DNA of 64,000 nucleotides from Sedimentisphaerales bacterium (GTDB taxonomy: Bacteria; Planctomycetota; Phycisphaerae; Sedimentisphaerales; Anaerobacaceae): assembly GCA_040772485.1 (NCBI GenBank), contig JAXGYC010000010.1, positions 224,001 through 288,000 on the forward strand, written 5' to 3'. The position numbers and the translations under genes were made by a program. Below, piece after piece: positions 55,151 to 64,000 of this stretch (positions are counted from its first letter, which is position 1; each line of letters opens with the position of its first letter). The notes below the pieces were generated by a model, which saw only the letters and a list, made by a program, of their open reading frames with translations, did not search any database and was not told where the DNA came from.

Positions 55151-55690
55151 ATGGCTGAGAAACCAGAATCGGCGACGAAGACAAAATACGATATCTCCGT
55201 TATCCGCCCGCAGTTGCGCGATGCGGATTTCAAGATGCGTGGAGAAGGATTCCCGCCCGAACGGCTGGCCGCCATCCGCAAGGGCCTCCGCACTCTCCAT
55301 ACCCTGGAATTGATGGCCCAGACGATCTATAAATTCCAGCTCACCCGGGAGCGCAACGAGGTCAACCGCCAGCTCGTCGCCGCGATGTGCAACGAAATGG
55401 GGCACTATCAGGACTTCCAGATCAAGCTGTACGAGTTCGGCTTCCGTCCGAGCATCTTGCGGGCCGCGTATTGGATGGTCGGGTTCGCGTTCGGCTTCGG
55501 CTCGCGAATGCTCGGCAGGAAGGCCATGTTCAAAACCGGGATCTGGGTGGAATCCAAGGCGGTCCACCACTACGCTGAACTGCTGGAGACCATCGACTGG
55601 GACGATGAGACCCGCAGGGTCGTCGAGAAAGACCAGGCCGACGAGGACGGCCACATCAACCGCTGGAGGGCCATGCTGGCGAAGGCCTGA
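55151..55690 (+). CDS. COQ7-like (demethoxyubiquinone hydroxylase family) ferritin-fold di-iron protein
   Basis: HTLELMA..IY..Q, NEMGH, WVESKAVHHY and DEDGH (E, ExxH, E, ExxH). Confidence 0.82.
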   Translation: MAEKPESATKTKYDISVIRPQLRDADFKMRGEGFPPERLAAIRKGLRTLHTLELMAQTIYKFQLTRERNEVNRQLVAAMCNEMGHYQDFQIKLYEFGFRPSILRAAYWMVGFAFGFGSRMLGRKAMFKTGIWVESKAVHHYAELLETIDWDDETRRVVEKDQADEDGHINRWRAMLAKA

Positions 55691-55767
55691 CACTCGCTGT
55701 GACGAACGGTGTACGTCCGGATTCCCCCAGTGCCCTGACGGCCACGCTGCAAACGCTACGTCGCGTG

Positions 55768-57855
55768 CTAATGAAGGTTTACGTCCACAGTCTGGCCGGC
55801 GAATCCTCCTTCCGGAAGGGGAACGACGATTTCGGCCTCGAAGTACCCGGAAAGCCGGACGTGGAGCACCTTTCGCTTCTGGGTCGGATCGCAAACGTAG
55901 AGATTGGGAAAGACCCAGGTCTCATCCAGCATGACAAGGGCCGGCTCGTCGACCGCCAGGGTCCGACCGTCGCCCCAGGTAACTTGCCCGGGCTGGAAGA
56001 AGGCGGCCTGTAACAGCTTTCCGTCATGGCTCACAATCGCCAGCAACTCGTTCGATTGGGCCACGATGCGCGCGGGAGGCGTCTCCGAGAGCCTCCTCAT
56101 TGCCTCGACGGAAACATCGGGACAGACCACGTAAGCATATTGTTCCGCATCGGGTCTGGCCCCATGGTCGATCCAGAGATTGAACACGTCCCGCTCGACG
56201 GGCTGCGTCGATTCCCGGCGGTGCACATCGTGCCACGTGCCAGTCTGTGTCAGCACACCGGCGGTGGTCTTGCCCGGCGTCAGGAAGACGTAGCCCATCC
56301 CGTCATGATGGACCCATTCGTGCGGACCGGTTGAACTCTGGCCTTTCGACAGGTGACCCAGTCGGCGGTCGACGGAAATCGTCACCGGACCGTTCGCAGC
56401 ACACTGATTCACCGACGTCAGCACCGTCTCGGGCGTATCGCACGCTATCCCAACCCCCAGGCAGACAACCGCGTCTTCGAGGAAAAACCACGCCTTGCGG
56501 GCGCTCAGACCGTCGCGGAGGTATTCCATGGCCGCGAGGCCGCATCGGCCGCCCGAAACGCCACCGACGAAATCGCTGCGACCCCGACACCGTGCCGAGC
56601 TTGGCACGAGCGTTCCCTGGTCCTGCACGCATGTCGTCCCGGGCAGCCGCCGCCAGTCCCAAACGGGAAACAGGTCCTCATATTCCTGCCCGGTCCGCTG
56701 GAAGTACGTGACCCCATCGCCCAAGTGCAGGCCGAGCATGTTCTCGTTGTTGCAGGTTTCGGCGCCGATCACGCGGGTGCTGCACATCTTCACCGACGCG
56801 TACCAATTCGGCCGGCGCTGAACGCTGGTGTCGGATCGCCAGTAGTGCTTGTACCCGACGAAGGTGTTGGCCTGGCCCGGCTGATTGCAGGCGATCGCGT
56901 CTCGATAGAGGCTGGCCCTGGCGGGGTCAATCTCCGCCATCAGATCGAGATGGCGAATGACGGAGCGTCCCTTGCTCGCCTGGCAATCGCGGAAGATCTG
57001 CCGGCCGCATCCGCTGATATCCATCCGGCCGTTCCAGACAATCCAGGCGGTTCCTTCGATGAGATAGCGTCCGAGCAGATCGATCTGTTCGGGCGTCAGA
57101 GCGTAGTCCGTGTCCCGGAAGATGCTGGCCCACTGGATCATGTCCGCGCTGAAGGCGGCGCCGTAGTTGCCCCACTGCAATTGCGGGCCGTGCTGGTGAA
57201 ACGAGTAGTCCGGCTGAATACCCTCCTGGGTCGTGACATGAAGCTCTTCGAAGATCTGATTTCGCGCTTCGCGCATCATTGCAGCATCGTCGCAGAGCAA
57301 ACCTCTCATGAACGCGATCCCGGCCAGCCAGACCTTGTTCTGGCCGGTCATGCCCATCTTGCTGCGGCCGAGAACCCGCTGAATCGCCCTGTCTCTCAGT
57401 TCGCTCGGCACCGCTTCGGCCATCAGCACCAGCATCGGCGCCAGCGCATCGGGCACGCCGATCTGCGGATACCACCAGTTCGAGTTGACGTAGTCTTTGT
57501 TCGTCCAATGCTCGATGGCCGCCACGACGGCCGCACGCAACGCGGGATTGCCCGCCATCGGATGACCCGCAGCCCGGTACGCCCTGGCCATCTCCAGGGT
57601 CCGTCCCAGGTGTTCGTAGGTCCGCCACCCGCCGGGGTCCGTGTTGGCGTAGTCAATGTCCGGCCAGGAACCGTCGGGTCCCTGTCCGTGGATGTATCTC
57701 TCGACGACCCCTGCCCGCGGGGCGCCACGCCCGTACCACTCAATCATCTGATCGCGGAGCAGCGAGACGTCTCCGCTGCCGCCAGCGACACACACGCCGG
57801 TCATCCAGAACGCGAGAATGGTTGCAGCAGCCGGCAGGAGACTCTGTCTTCGCAT
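55768..57855 (-). CDS. Polysaccharide lyase family 8 (chondroitin AC/hyaluronate lyase-like)
   Basis: GSWPDIDY, NWWYPQIGVP, MTGQN, GIQPDYSFHQHGPQLQWGNYG, WDWRRLPGTT, FVGGVS and ARKAWFF. Confidence 0.93.
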   Translation of the reverse strand: MRRQSLLPAAATILAFWMTGVCVAGGSGDVSLLRDQMIEWYGRGAPRAGVVERYIHGQGPDGSWPDIDYANTDPGGWRTYEHLGRTLEMARAYRAAGHPMAGNPALRAAVVAAIEHWTNKDYVNSNWWYPQIGVPDALAPMLVLMAEAVPSELRDRAIQRVLGRSKMGMTGQNKVWLAGIAFMRGLLCDDAAMMREARNQIFEELHVTTQEGIQPDYSFHQHGPQLQWGNYGAAFSADMIQWASIFRDTDYALTPEQIDLLGRYLIEGTAWIVWNGRMDISGCGRQIFRDCQASKGRSVIRHLDLMAEIDPARASLYRDAIACNQPGQANTFVGYKHYWRSDTSVQRRPNWYASVKMCSTRVIGAETCNNENMLGLHLGDGVTYFQRTGQEYEDLFPVWDWRRLPGTTCVQDQGTLVPSSARCRGRSDFVGGVSGGRCGLAAMEYLRDGLSARKAWFFLEDAVVCLGVGIACDTPETVLTSVNQCAANGPVTISVDRRLGHLSKGQSSTGPHEWVHHDGMGYVFLTPGKTTAGVLTQTGTWHDVHRRESTQPVERDVFNLWIDHGARPDAEQYAYVVCPDVSVEAMRRLSETPPARIVAQSNELLAIVSHDGKLLQAAFFQPGQVTWGDGRTLAVDEPALVMLDETWVFPNLYVCDPTQKRKVLHVRLSGYFEAEIVVPLPEGGFAGQTVDVNLH

Positions 57856-57904
57856 GGAACAGTACCGTCCAATCCGAGATGACATATTGAGGTTCGTCCC
57901 CCAC

Positions 57905-57933
57905 AGCATAGCAGATCGGTCTTCCCCGTCCAA
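57905..57933 (-). promoter_or_regulatory. Sigma70-type promoter of the PL8 gene
   Basis: TTGGAC-N17-TATGCT with a TG extension. Confidence 0.55.
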
Positions 57934-57950
57934 GCCCATAAGGACGATGT

Positions 57951-57979
57951 TTGACAGCCCGCCGGTCTCGCGAGACAAT
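57951..57979 (+). promoter_or_regulatory. Sigma70-type promoter of the small membrane protein gene
   Basis: TTGACA-N17-GACAAT. Confidence 0.6.
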
Positions 57980-58049
57980 CGCCAGGCAAATAGGGCAGGT
58001 TTTTGGCGCCGGTCGTGCGGGCAGCCGCATTGCTGTTGGAGAAATGGAC

Positions 58050-58262
58050 ATGTTGAGGTACTTTGTCGCCGGCAATCTGTGGGCCTTCGTTGCCATCGTG
58101 CTAACCCTGGGACGCCGACCCTGGCGCGCGTCGCCCGCGCGATACGAATTCCTTGGGTACGGCTCGCTCGACCCGATCAGCTACAATCTCATCATCGTGT
58201 TCTGTGTGACGGCCGCTGCGATCTTCTTCCTGTTAGCGTGGAAGACACAGCAGAAGCAATGA
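58050..58262 (+). CDS. Small two-TM hypothetical protein (70 aa)
   Basis: MLRYFVAGNLWAFVAIVLTLG...YNLIIVFCVTAAAIFFLLAWK; RBS GGAGA and a promoter upstream. Confidence 0.65.
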   Translation: MLRYFVAGNLWAFVAIVLTLGRRPWRASPARYEFLGYGSLDPISYNLIIVFCVTAAAIFFLLAWKTQQKQ

Positions 58263-58337
58263 CGAACACAGCGGACGCGATCAGGCAAGGCTGGTCCGCT
58301 CGCAGGTCTGTGCACAACAACGCTGGAAGCGGGTCTC

Positions 58338-59234
58338 TCAGGTGGACTCGATGATTCCCGGGCGGTAGGTGCGCGCGCCTTTGGGGATCCAGACGCCGTC
58401 AAAGAGGTTGACCAGATGCTTCTGGATGCCGCGACGGATGACCGAGCCGGCGCATTGCTCGTCCGGCGCGGCTTGGCCGTCGGTAATCTCGCGAGCCAGC
58501 GCCCGGTAGTCGGCCGCCGCCCGGCTTCGCGGAGCATACGTCAGAATGGACTCGCCCGCGCTGGGGGATTCCGGCAGGCGAACGTCGCGATGAACCACCG
58601 TATCGAACACCAGGTCTCCGAAGATCTCGCGCATCTGCTGCTGGATTTGCCGACTGAACGTTCGCCGCTCTTCGACAAACGTCAGAAGCAGACTGATGTT
58701 CTCCATCGAATAGGGATGAAAACGGTCGCGAATGACTCGTATCGTCTCAAGCAACCGCTTAAGCCCTTCCAGCGCGTAGTAGTGCACCTGCACCGGCACA
58801 ATGATATCCGTGCTGGCGACGAGCGCGTTCAGCGTCAGAATGCCCAGCGACGGCGGGCAATCGATGACACAGAAATCGTAGTCCTGGCGTGCGTCCGCCA
58901 AGCCGCGTCCGAGCAGCAGTTCCTTGCCGGGTACGGCCCCCAGCTCCAGCTCGGCGCTGGCCAGAAGCACGTTGCAGGGCAGCAGATCGAGCCCCTCCGT
59001 CTGCGTGTGCGTGACCACGGCGTGCAGGCTGTTCTCGGCGCCGCTGAGAAGATCGTAAACAGTGCGGTCGAAGGCGTCGGGGTCATAGCCCAGACCGATG
59101 GTAGCGTGGGCCTGCGGGTCCAGATCCACCAGCAGGACGCGCTGCCCCTGCGTGGCGAAGGCAGCGGCGGTGTTGATCGCCGTGGTGGTCTTGCCGCACC
59201 CACCCTTCTGATTGACCATCGCAATGGTCCGCAT
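58338..59234 (-). CDS. ParA/Soj-family ATPase (no adjacent ParB)
   Basis: NQKGGCGKTT, VDLDPQ, IDCPPSLG and RLPESPS. Confidence 0.93.
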   Translation of the reverse strand: MRTIAMVNQKGGCGKTTTAINTAAAFATQGQRVLLVDLDPQAHATIGLGYDPDAFDRTVYDLLSGAENSLHAVVTHTQTEGLDLLPCNVLLASAELELGAVPGKELLLGRGLADARQDYDFCVIDCPPSLGILTLNALVASTDIIVPVQVHYYALEGLKRLLETIRVIRDRFHPYSMENISLLLTFVEERRTFSRQIQQQMREIFGDLVFDTVVHRDVRLPESPSAGESILTYAPRSRAAADYRALAREITDGQAAPDEQCAGSVIRRGIQKHLVNLFDGVWIPKGARTYRPGIIEST

Positions 59235-59463
59235 GTATCACCCACCTCTCGGAACACGCCCCGGCCGGAATGTCGGACTGAGGCCGTGACAACTCTCGGC
59301 CCATACAGCGACAGCCTGTGCCCGGTCGTTGCAGGAACACCCTGGAGCCTCCGGCTGATGTACGCATCCACCCCCGTGTGGAATCCGGCAAAACGTGCAC
59401 ACGCCCATCCACGCGGCTGTCATGTGCGGACCGCATGTTTGAACGCCCTGTTTGCCAGAACAC

Positions 59464-59492
59464 AGTATATCCCCACGGCACGAGAAAGTCAA
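59464..59492 (-). promoter_or_regulatory. Sigma70-type promoter ~230 nt upstream of the ParA gene
   Basis: TTGACT-N17-TATACT. Confidence 0.7.
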
Positions 59493-59612
59493 CCGGAAGA
59501 GGCTGTATTTGAAGCTCCCCGGCTAAATCGTGACCTCCTGGCAGGTTATGAGGGATCGCTCTTGCCCGATAACATGTCGATCCAGGACAAATGCGCGTCC
59601 TCTGGACATGTG

Positions 59613-59647
59613 AACCGGGCCTGTGCTGGGGTGGCACAGGCCCGGTT
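59613..59647 (-). terminator. Perfect 14-bp hairpin after the LamG gene
   Basis: aaccgggcctgtgc-7nt-gcacaggcccggtt. Confidence 0.75.
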
Positions 59648-59679
59648 GATTGTGTGAAGAGACTGTGGAGGACGCTCGG

Positions 59680-62631
59680 TCACCGGTCGCCGGCCAGGTA
59701 CCGCACCTCCCCGGCCGACAGCGCCCGGCTGTAGATCACGAAGTCATCCAGCGAGCCGGCAAAATACCCGTCGGCGGCGTACTGCGACCGCGCCAGCCAG
59801 TTCTGCGTCGTCGCGCCCAGGGCCGGCGGCAGCGTCGTCGTCGCCCCGCTGCCGGCCACCTCGCCGTCCACGTAGATCGCCACCGTCATCGTCGCGCTGT
59901 CGATCACCACCGCCACGTGGTGCCAGCCGTCCGTCGGCAGCGAGCCCGCTGTCTCGATGATCGACTCGCCCGAACCGCCCGCCGGCGTGATCGCAAACCG
60001 CATCGGGGCGCTCGTGCCGCCGCGAGGACACAGGAACATGTACCCCGTCGTGCTGCTGTTGCCGAAGTCGAAGATCCGCACCCACGAACCGCTCGTCGCC
60101 GAGAAGTTCACCCATGTCGCCACCGTCGCGCTGCTCAAGCTGCTCATCACCGGACCCAGCGGCAGTTCCACGTAGTCGGCGAACCCGTCGAAGTTGATCG
60201 CCTGGCCCTGCCCCGCACGCGAGGCCACGTAGGCCGGATCGTTGAACGCCGTGCCGTGGCGACCGTTCCCCGAACCGTCCTGAACGTTGTTCTCAAACGT
60301 GTACGAGGCCACCAGACCGGTCGCGCCCGGATCGGCCGGAACGATCATCTCCGGCGCCACCCGATACAGACGGATGTCGTCCACGAACACCAGGCCCGAG
60401 CCGCTGCCGTCCACGCCCAGGCTGAACGTCGTCACGTTCGCCAGGTTCGTGCCCAGCGACGCCAGCTCGATGTTCCACTGCTTCCACACCGGGCTCGTCA
60501 GGCCGCCCGCATAGGTCACCTTCTTGCCGTTGACCGTCGCGTAGAACTGCCCGGCCCCGTTGTCCGAGGCGCCGCGGAAGTACACCACCAGCGTCGTGGC
60601 GCCGCCGGCCGTCCAGTCCTGCGACCCGTCGATCGTGAAGTCCGCCCGCGAATTGCCCTCGTAGAACAGCGGCATCGACTGACGCCCGCCGTGAACCGTC
60701 GTCTGCTCGGCAAACGGCGCTTCGAGGTACCCGACCGTCGAGCCGGTGTCGTTGACCCAGCCGTCCAGCCAGGTATCGAAGATCGTCGTGCCGGCCTCGA
60801 GGTCATCGGTATAGCCCTCGAAATCATCCACGACGACGAACTGCTGCGTCGAGAAGCTCCAGACCTCGCCGGTCCAGGAGGCGATCGCCTCGGCCTCGTT
60901 GACCTCGTCGATCCTCCAGTAGTACGTCGCGTCCATATCCAGAGCGCTCGGAGCATACTGACTCTCGGCGACCGTGCCGACCAGGGCCGTGCCATCGGTC
61001 ACCGCCGCTGCGTCGGTGCCCAGGTACACCTCGTGCGAGGCAGCCTGCCGACCGCTGCGCCAATCGAGGATCGAGGCGACGCTCACGTCCACCGCTCCGG
61101 CTTCCGGCTGCGGCTGCCGCGCCTGCACCGGGATGTACAGGAACCGCACCTCGCTGAGGCCGAACTGGCCCATGAGGCCCCACCCGCTCCGGGCCGTCAG
61201 ACGCACGAACTTGGCGGCCACGCCGCTCAGGTCAACCGTCGTGTTGGCCGCATAGGTCCCCTTGGCCGTCGCCTGGGCGAACGGCACGTCGCCGAACGCC
61301 GTCCAGTCGACGCCGTTCTCGCTGTACTCGATCGTGGTGTCCTTGAACCCGAAGCCCAGCATCAGCTCGAACTGCACGTTGTAGTTCCACACCAGAAGCT
61401 CATGCAGCAGATAGACCTTGTCGAACTCGAACTGAATCCACACCGGCTCGCCGGCGGCGGCCACCCACATGTCCGTCGACAGCGTCGAATGCTGATCGCT
61501 GGCGTTAAGACCTGAGCCGTTGACCGTATTCTCCGGCCCGGCCCCTTCTTCGCTGGTGGCATTGCTCGTGGCGATCACGTTCGCCACCGGATACGCCAAC
61601 GGCTCGACCGTGAAGCTCCAGACGTCGCCCTTGAAGATCGTGTTGTCCGGCGCCGCGTTGACCTCATCGACGCGCCAGTAGTACGTCTGCCCGAAGGCCA
61701 GTCCCGGCGCGCCGGGAGCGGGATCATAGCTCGTACCGCTCTGGCCCTGGCTGAGCAGCACATCCATCGGATTGGCCCGTCCGGCGGTATTGACGTCCTC
61801 GAACGAGGTCCCGAAGTACACATCGTGCGAGGCCGCAAACTCCCCCGCCGTCCAACTCAGCGCCACATCCCGTGGCACATCCACCTGCCCATCCGCCGGA
61901 CTGGGATCGGCCGCAAGCTGGGCTTTCAGGCCGGCCTTCATGGCGCCCTGAACCTCGCTCTCGGTCAGCGCCACATCGTAGATCTTCACCTCATCCATCA
62001 GGCCGGTGTAGTACCGCGAGTCGAGCGTGTTGGCGCCGATCGCCAGATTCTGCTGCGCGTTCAACGGCCCGGTGTTTGTGTGGGTGGTGCTGTTGTCTAA
62101 CACACCATCGATGTAGACACTGATCGTTCCGGCTGCTGTGTCACGAACGGACGCGGTGTGCACCCACTCACCTGTGACAATGTCGCCGTTCGAATTGACC
62201 GAGCCGTCGGGATTGCCGTTGAAAAACGATAGTTTCGTGCCCAGTACCGCGACGACGAAGTCATTGGCCGTGCCGGCGACGTCAGACCAGAACAGGCCGT
62301 TGCCCTGATACGCCTGGGTCCCGGCCAGACCGGTGGTATCCGTCTTGATCCAGGCCGCCAGCGTGAAACTGTCCTGCACCGGCCGCTCCAACTGGACGTA
62401 GCTGTCGCTGCCATTGAATGAGTAGCAGCCGTTGGCATAGCCTCCTGAAACCAGTTGCACGCCCCCGTTGGGCGCGCCGTCAAGACCGTTGCCGGACGCA
62501 TCGAGGACGACGCCGTCCAACTGGTCGAACGGATAATAGACCAAAGGCTCCGGACCGGCGGCGAGGGCCGGGCCGACACTGGTGGCCAGCAGAGCCACCG
62601 AACAGATGAACCACACACGTTTGCGCCACAT
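59680..62631 (-). CDS. Secreted multi-domain protein: LamG - FN3-like - discoidin(F5/8C)-like - FN3-like - jelly-roll - LamG
   Basis: Signal peptide MWRKR with RBS AAGGAGGT; LamG motifs (DASGNG, FNG, WVH, YIDG, GLMDEVKIY) at both ends; two YYWR(V/I)DEVN..G(D/E)VWSF repeats. Confidence 0.88.
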   Translation of the reverse strand: MWRKRVWFICSVALLATSVGPALAAGPEPLVYYPFDQLDGVVLDASGNGLDGAPNGGVQLVSGGYANGCYSFNGSDSYVQLERPVQDSFTLAAWIKTDTTGLAGTQAYQGNGLFWSDVAGTANDFVVAVLGTKLSFFNGNPDGSVNSNGDIVTGEWVHTASVRDTAAGTISVYIDGVLDNSTTHTNTGPLNAQQNLAIGANTLDSRYYTGLMDEVKIYDVALTESEVQGAMKAGLKAQLAADPSPADGQVDVPRDVALSWTAGEFAASHDVYFGTSFEDVNTAGRANPMDVLLSQGQSGTSYDPAPGAPGLAFGQTYYWRVDEVNAAPDNTIFKGDVWSFTVEPLAYPVANVIATSNATSEEGAGPENTVNGSGLNASDQHSTLSTDMWVAAAGEPVWIQFEFDKVYLLHELLVWNYNVQFELMLGFGFKDTTIEYSENGVDWTAFGDVPFAQATAKGTYAANTTVDLSGVAAKFVRLTARSGWGLMGQFGLSEVRFLYIPVQARQPQPEAGAVDVSVASILDWRSGRQAASHEVYLGTDAAAVTDGTALVGTVAESQYAPSALDMDATYYWRIDEVNEAEAIASWTGEVWSFSTQQFVVVDDFEGYTDDLEAGTTIFDTWLDGWVNDTGSTVGYLEAPFAEQTTVHGGRQSMPLFYEGNSRADFTIDGSQDWTAGGATTLVVYFRGASDNGAGQFYATVNGKKVTYAGGLTSPVWKQWNIELASLGTNLANVTTFSLGVDGSGSGLVFVDDIRLYRVAPEMIVPADPGATGLVASYTFENNVQDGSGNGRHGTAFNDPAYVASRAGQGQAINFDGFADYVELPLGPVMSSLSSATVATWVNFSATSGSWVRIFDFGNSSTTGYMFLCPRGGTSAPMRFAITPAGGSGESIIETAGSLPTDGWHHVAVVIDSATMTVAIYVDGEVAGSGATTTLPPALGATTQNWLARSQYAADGYFAGSLDDFVIYSRALSAGEVRYLAGDR

Positions 62632-62778
62632 ACACACCTCCTTTACCCAAGATCGAGACAATCCCCCGTTTCGTCACACGGTCGAGCCCATGCGGGCGAA
62701 CCCAAGCGACCATATCCACCCTGTGATTGTGTTGCACACGCCCCTTCTCCTCGGTCCTTTTGCACATCGTACGGACCG

Positions 62779-64000
62779 TCACAACTCCGATACTGTTGAC
62801 ACATCGATGGTCCGGCCCGTCGGCGAGGCCAATTCGAGATTGGGCTCGACGAAGACACACCAGTCGCTGTCGGTTCCCCGCAGGCCGCCGGCCACGTCAG
62901 CATCGCCGCCATCAGTCGTAATCAGCGTGAGAAACCGGTCTGTGTCGGCCAATGGCACATCGATCTCGCCTGCAATTCCCTTGACCTTCACGCCTGTCCG
63001 GCTGAAGCGCACCCGGCCGTCGACCAGGACCCAGAAATCCGCGTTGCAGGGCCGATCCGTGCCGGATTCTGAGATTCCATAGGCGGAACGAAAACGCTCG
63101 ATCCGCAGTCCGGCGTTCAATGACGCGATCTCGGACAGATCGAACGTGATGCCGAGATTGGCGTGCATGAGGATGCAGGGTCGATCGGACGATCCATAGG
63201 CATGCCCGCTCAGCATCTGCCTGCCGACCTCCGCATCGCCCACGTTGGTGATTTCAAGGTAGTAGATGTTGTTGGTGATGGGGCATTCGACAAACGTGTG
63301 TCCGGCGGAACTGACAACCTGCGGCGCGGTTCCGTTGGGGACGAATACGCCATCCACGTAGCGGTTCCACGGGACCGACACGTACTGGTGCATCCCGCAC
63401 CGGTCGCTTTCCACAGGGACCATATATCGTCCCGTCACAGGACTGATGGCCGAGCCGGCGGTTCCGGTGCCGAGACCGTTGCCTGCCCCAATGACATCGG
63501 CCAGATCGAGACGTCTGCCCGGAATGCCGAAACTCGGGTCCTCCGGCATCTCTCGCACGATCTGGCTGGGAAGATATCTCCTGGCGATCACGTTGCCGCC
63601 GGCGTCCACCGCGCCGGCCTGGCCCTCCACCAGGATGGTCGAGGCCCCTGAACGGACCGGGTCCGAACCACTTCGGATGCCGACTTTCCCCTTGTGTACG
63701 AGCGCTTCGGTCTCGCCCGTCTGACGGACGATGACGCCGAATTCCGTGCCGTAATCGACGACTGTCCCGGTGGGAGTACGCACGATGAAACCGGTCGAAT
63801 CCTCACCGATTGACACGGAAACCGCCCCCGAACGGAGAAACACCTGATCGGCGCTCTCCAGACGCAGAACAGCCGGCGCCTGGAGAAGCACTTCGGAGCC
63901 TCCTTCAAACACCATCTCGATCAGTCCCTGCAACAGGAACACCGACGACGCCCTCAGGACCGTCCCCTGGGCGGTCGAGAGGTCCGCCTGATCCCACAAC
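62779..64000 (-). CDS. FecR-like anti-sigma factor with a C-terminal NPCBM/NEW2-like domain (partial; 5' end beyond the window)
   Basis: FecR-like GFIVRTPTGTVVDYGTEFGV; C-terminal MHANLGITFDL, FWVLVDG, RFLTLITTDGG and DWCVF. Confidence 0.85.
   Translation of the reverse strand, partial: LWDQADLSTAQGTVLRASSVFLLQGLIEMVFEGGSEVLLQAPAVLRLESADQVFLRSGAVSVSIGEDSTGFIVRTPTGTVVDYGTEFGVIVRQTGETEALVHKGKVGIRSGSDPVRSGASTILVEGQAGAVDAGGNVIARRYLPSQIVREMPEDPSFGIPGRRLDLADVIGAGNGLGTGTAGSAISPVTGRYMVPVESDRCGMHQYVSVPWNRYVDGVFVPNGTAPQVVSSAGHTFVECPITNNIYYLEITNVGDAEVGRQMLSGHAYGSSDRPCILMHANLGITFDLSEIASLNAGLRIERFRSAYGISESGTDRPCNADFWVLVDGRVRFSRTGVKVKGIAGEIDVPLADTDRFLTLITTDGGDADVAGGLRGTDSDWCVFVEPNLELASPTGRTIDVSTVSEL

Noticed and set aside
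59400..59457. c-di-GMP-I riboswitch in the ParA leader
   Set aside because: Only GGCAAA matches; the GAAA tetraloop stem and the downstream GCAAAG motif are absent.

Overview
High-GC bacterial chromosomal window with no rRNA, tRNA, CRISPR array or transposase that I can recognise. The gene content points to a planctomycete of the Phycisphaerae (Sedimentisphaerales-like); this is inferred from Tat-signal Gfo/Idh/MocA enzymes, a DUF1559/H-X9-DG-type protein, a LamG/FN3-like surface protein, a FecR-NPCBM anti-sigma factor and an AroD-AroE fusion. From left to right: a GH129/DUF5696-like glycosidase running off the left edge and missed by the ORF track; a ~17.5 kb minus-strand MoxR-DUF58-vWA-ABC cluster ending in three tandem, internally duplicated ABC-2 permeases; Tat-exported sugar oxidoreductase and TIM-barrel genes; a membrane C39 peptidase; a large S8/FG-GAP protein; an RND/MFP efflux pair; assorted hydrolases; a ribose-type ABC importer; an MNT-HEPN pair; a shikimate cluster; a COQ7-like di-iron protein; a PL8 lyase; an orphan ParA; a LamG protein; and a partial FecR gene. 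The five most notable observations are: (1) an unannotated ~130-nt structured RNA with its own operator-covered sigma70-type promoter and intrinsic terminator upstream of the RND pump; (2) a subtilase whose catalytic Asp is Gly while HGT has become HET; (3) an archaeal-type AroA'-like aldolase next to canonical AroB, with no AroB' in the window; (4) a HEPN gene with an in-frame TGA; (5) a ParA ending in a tail resembling the ParB N-terminal activator peptide. All family assignments come from reading motifs by eye, not from database searches.
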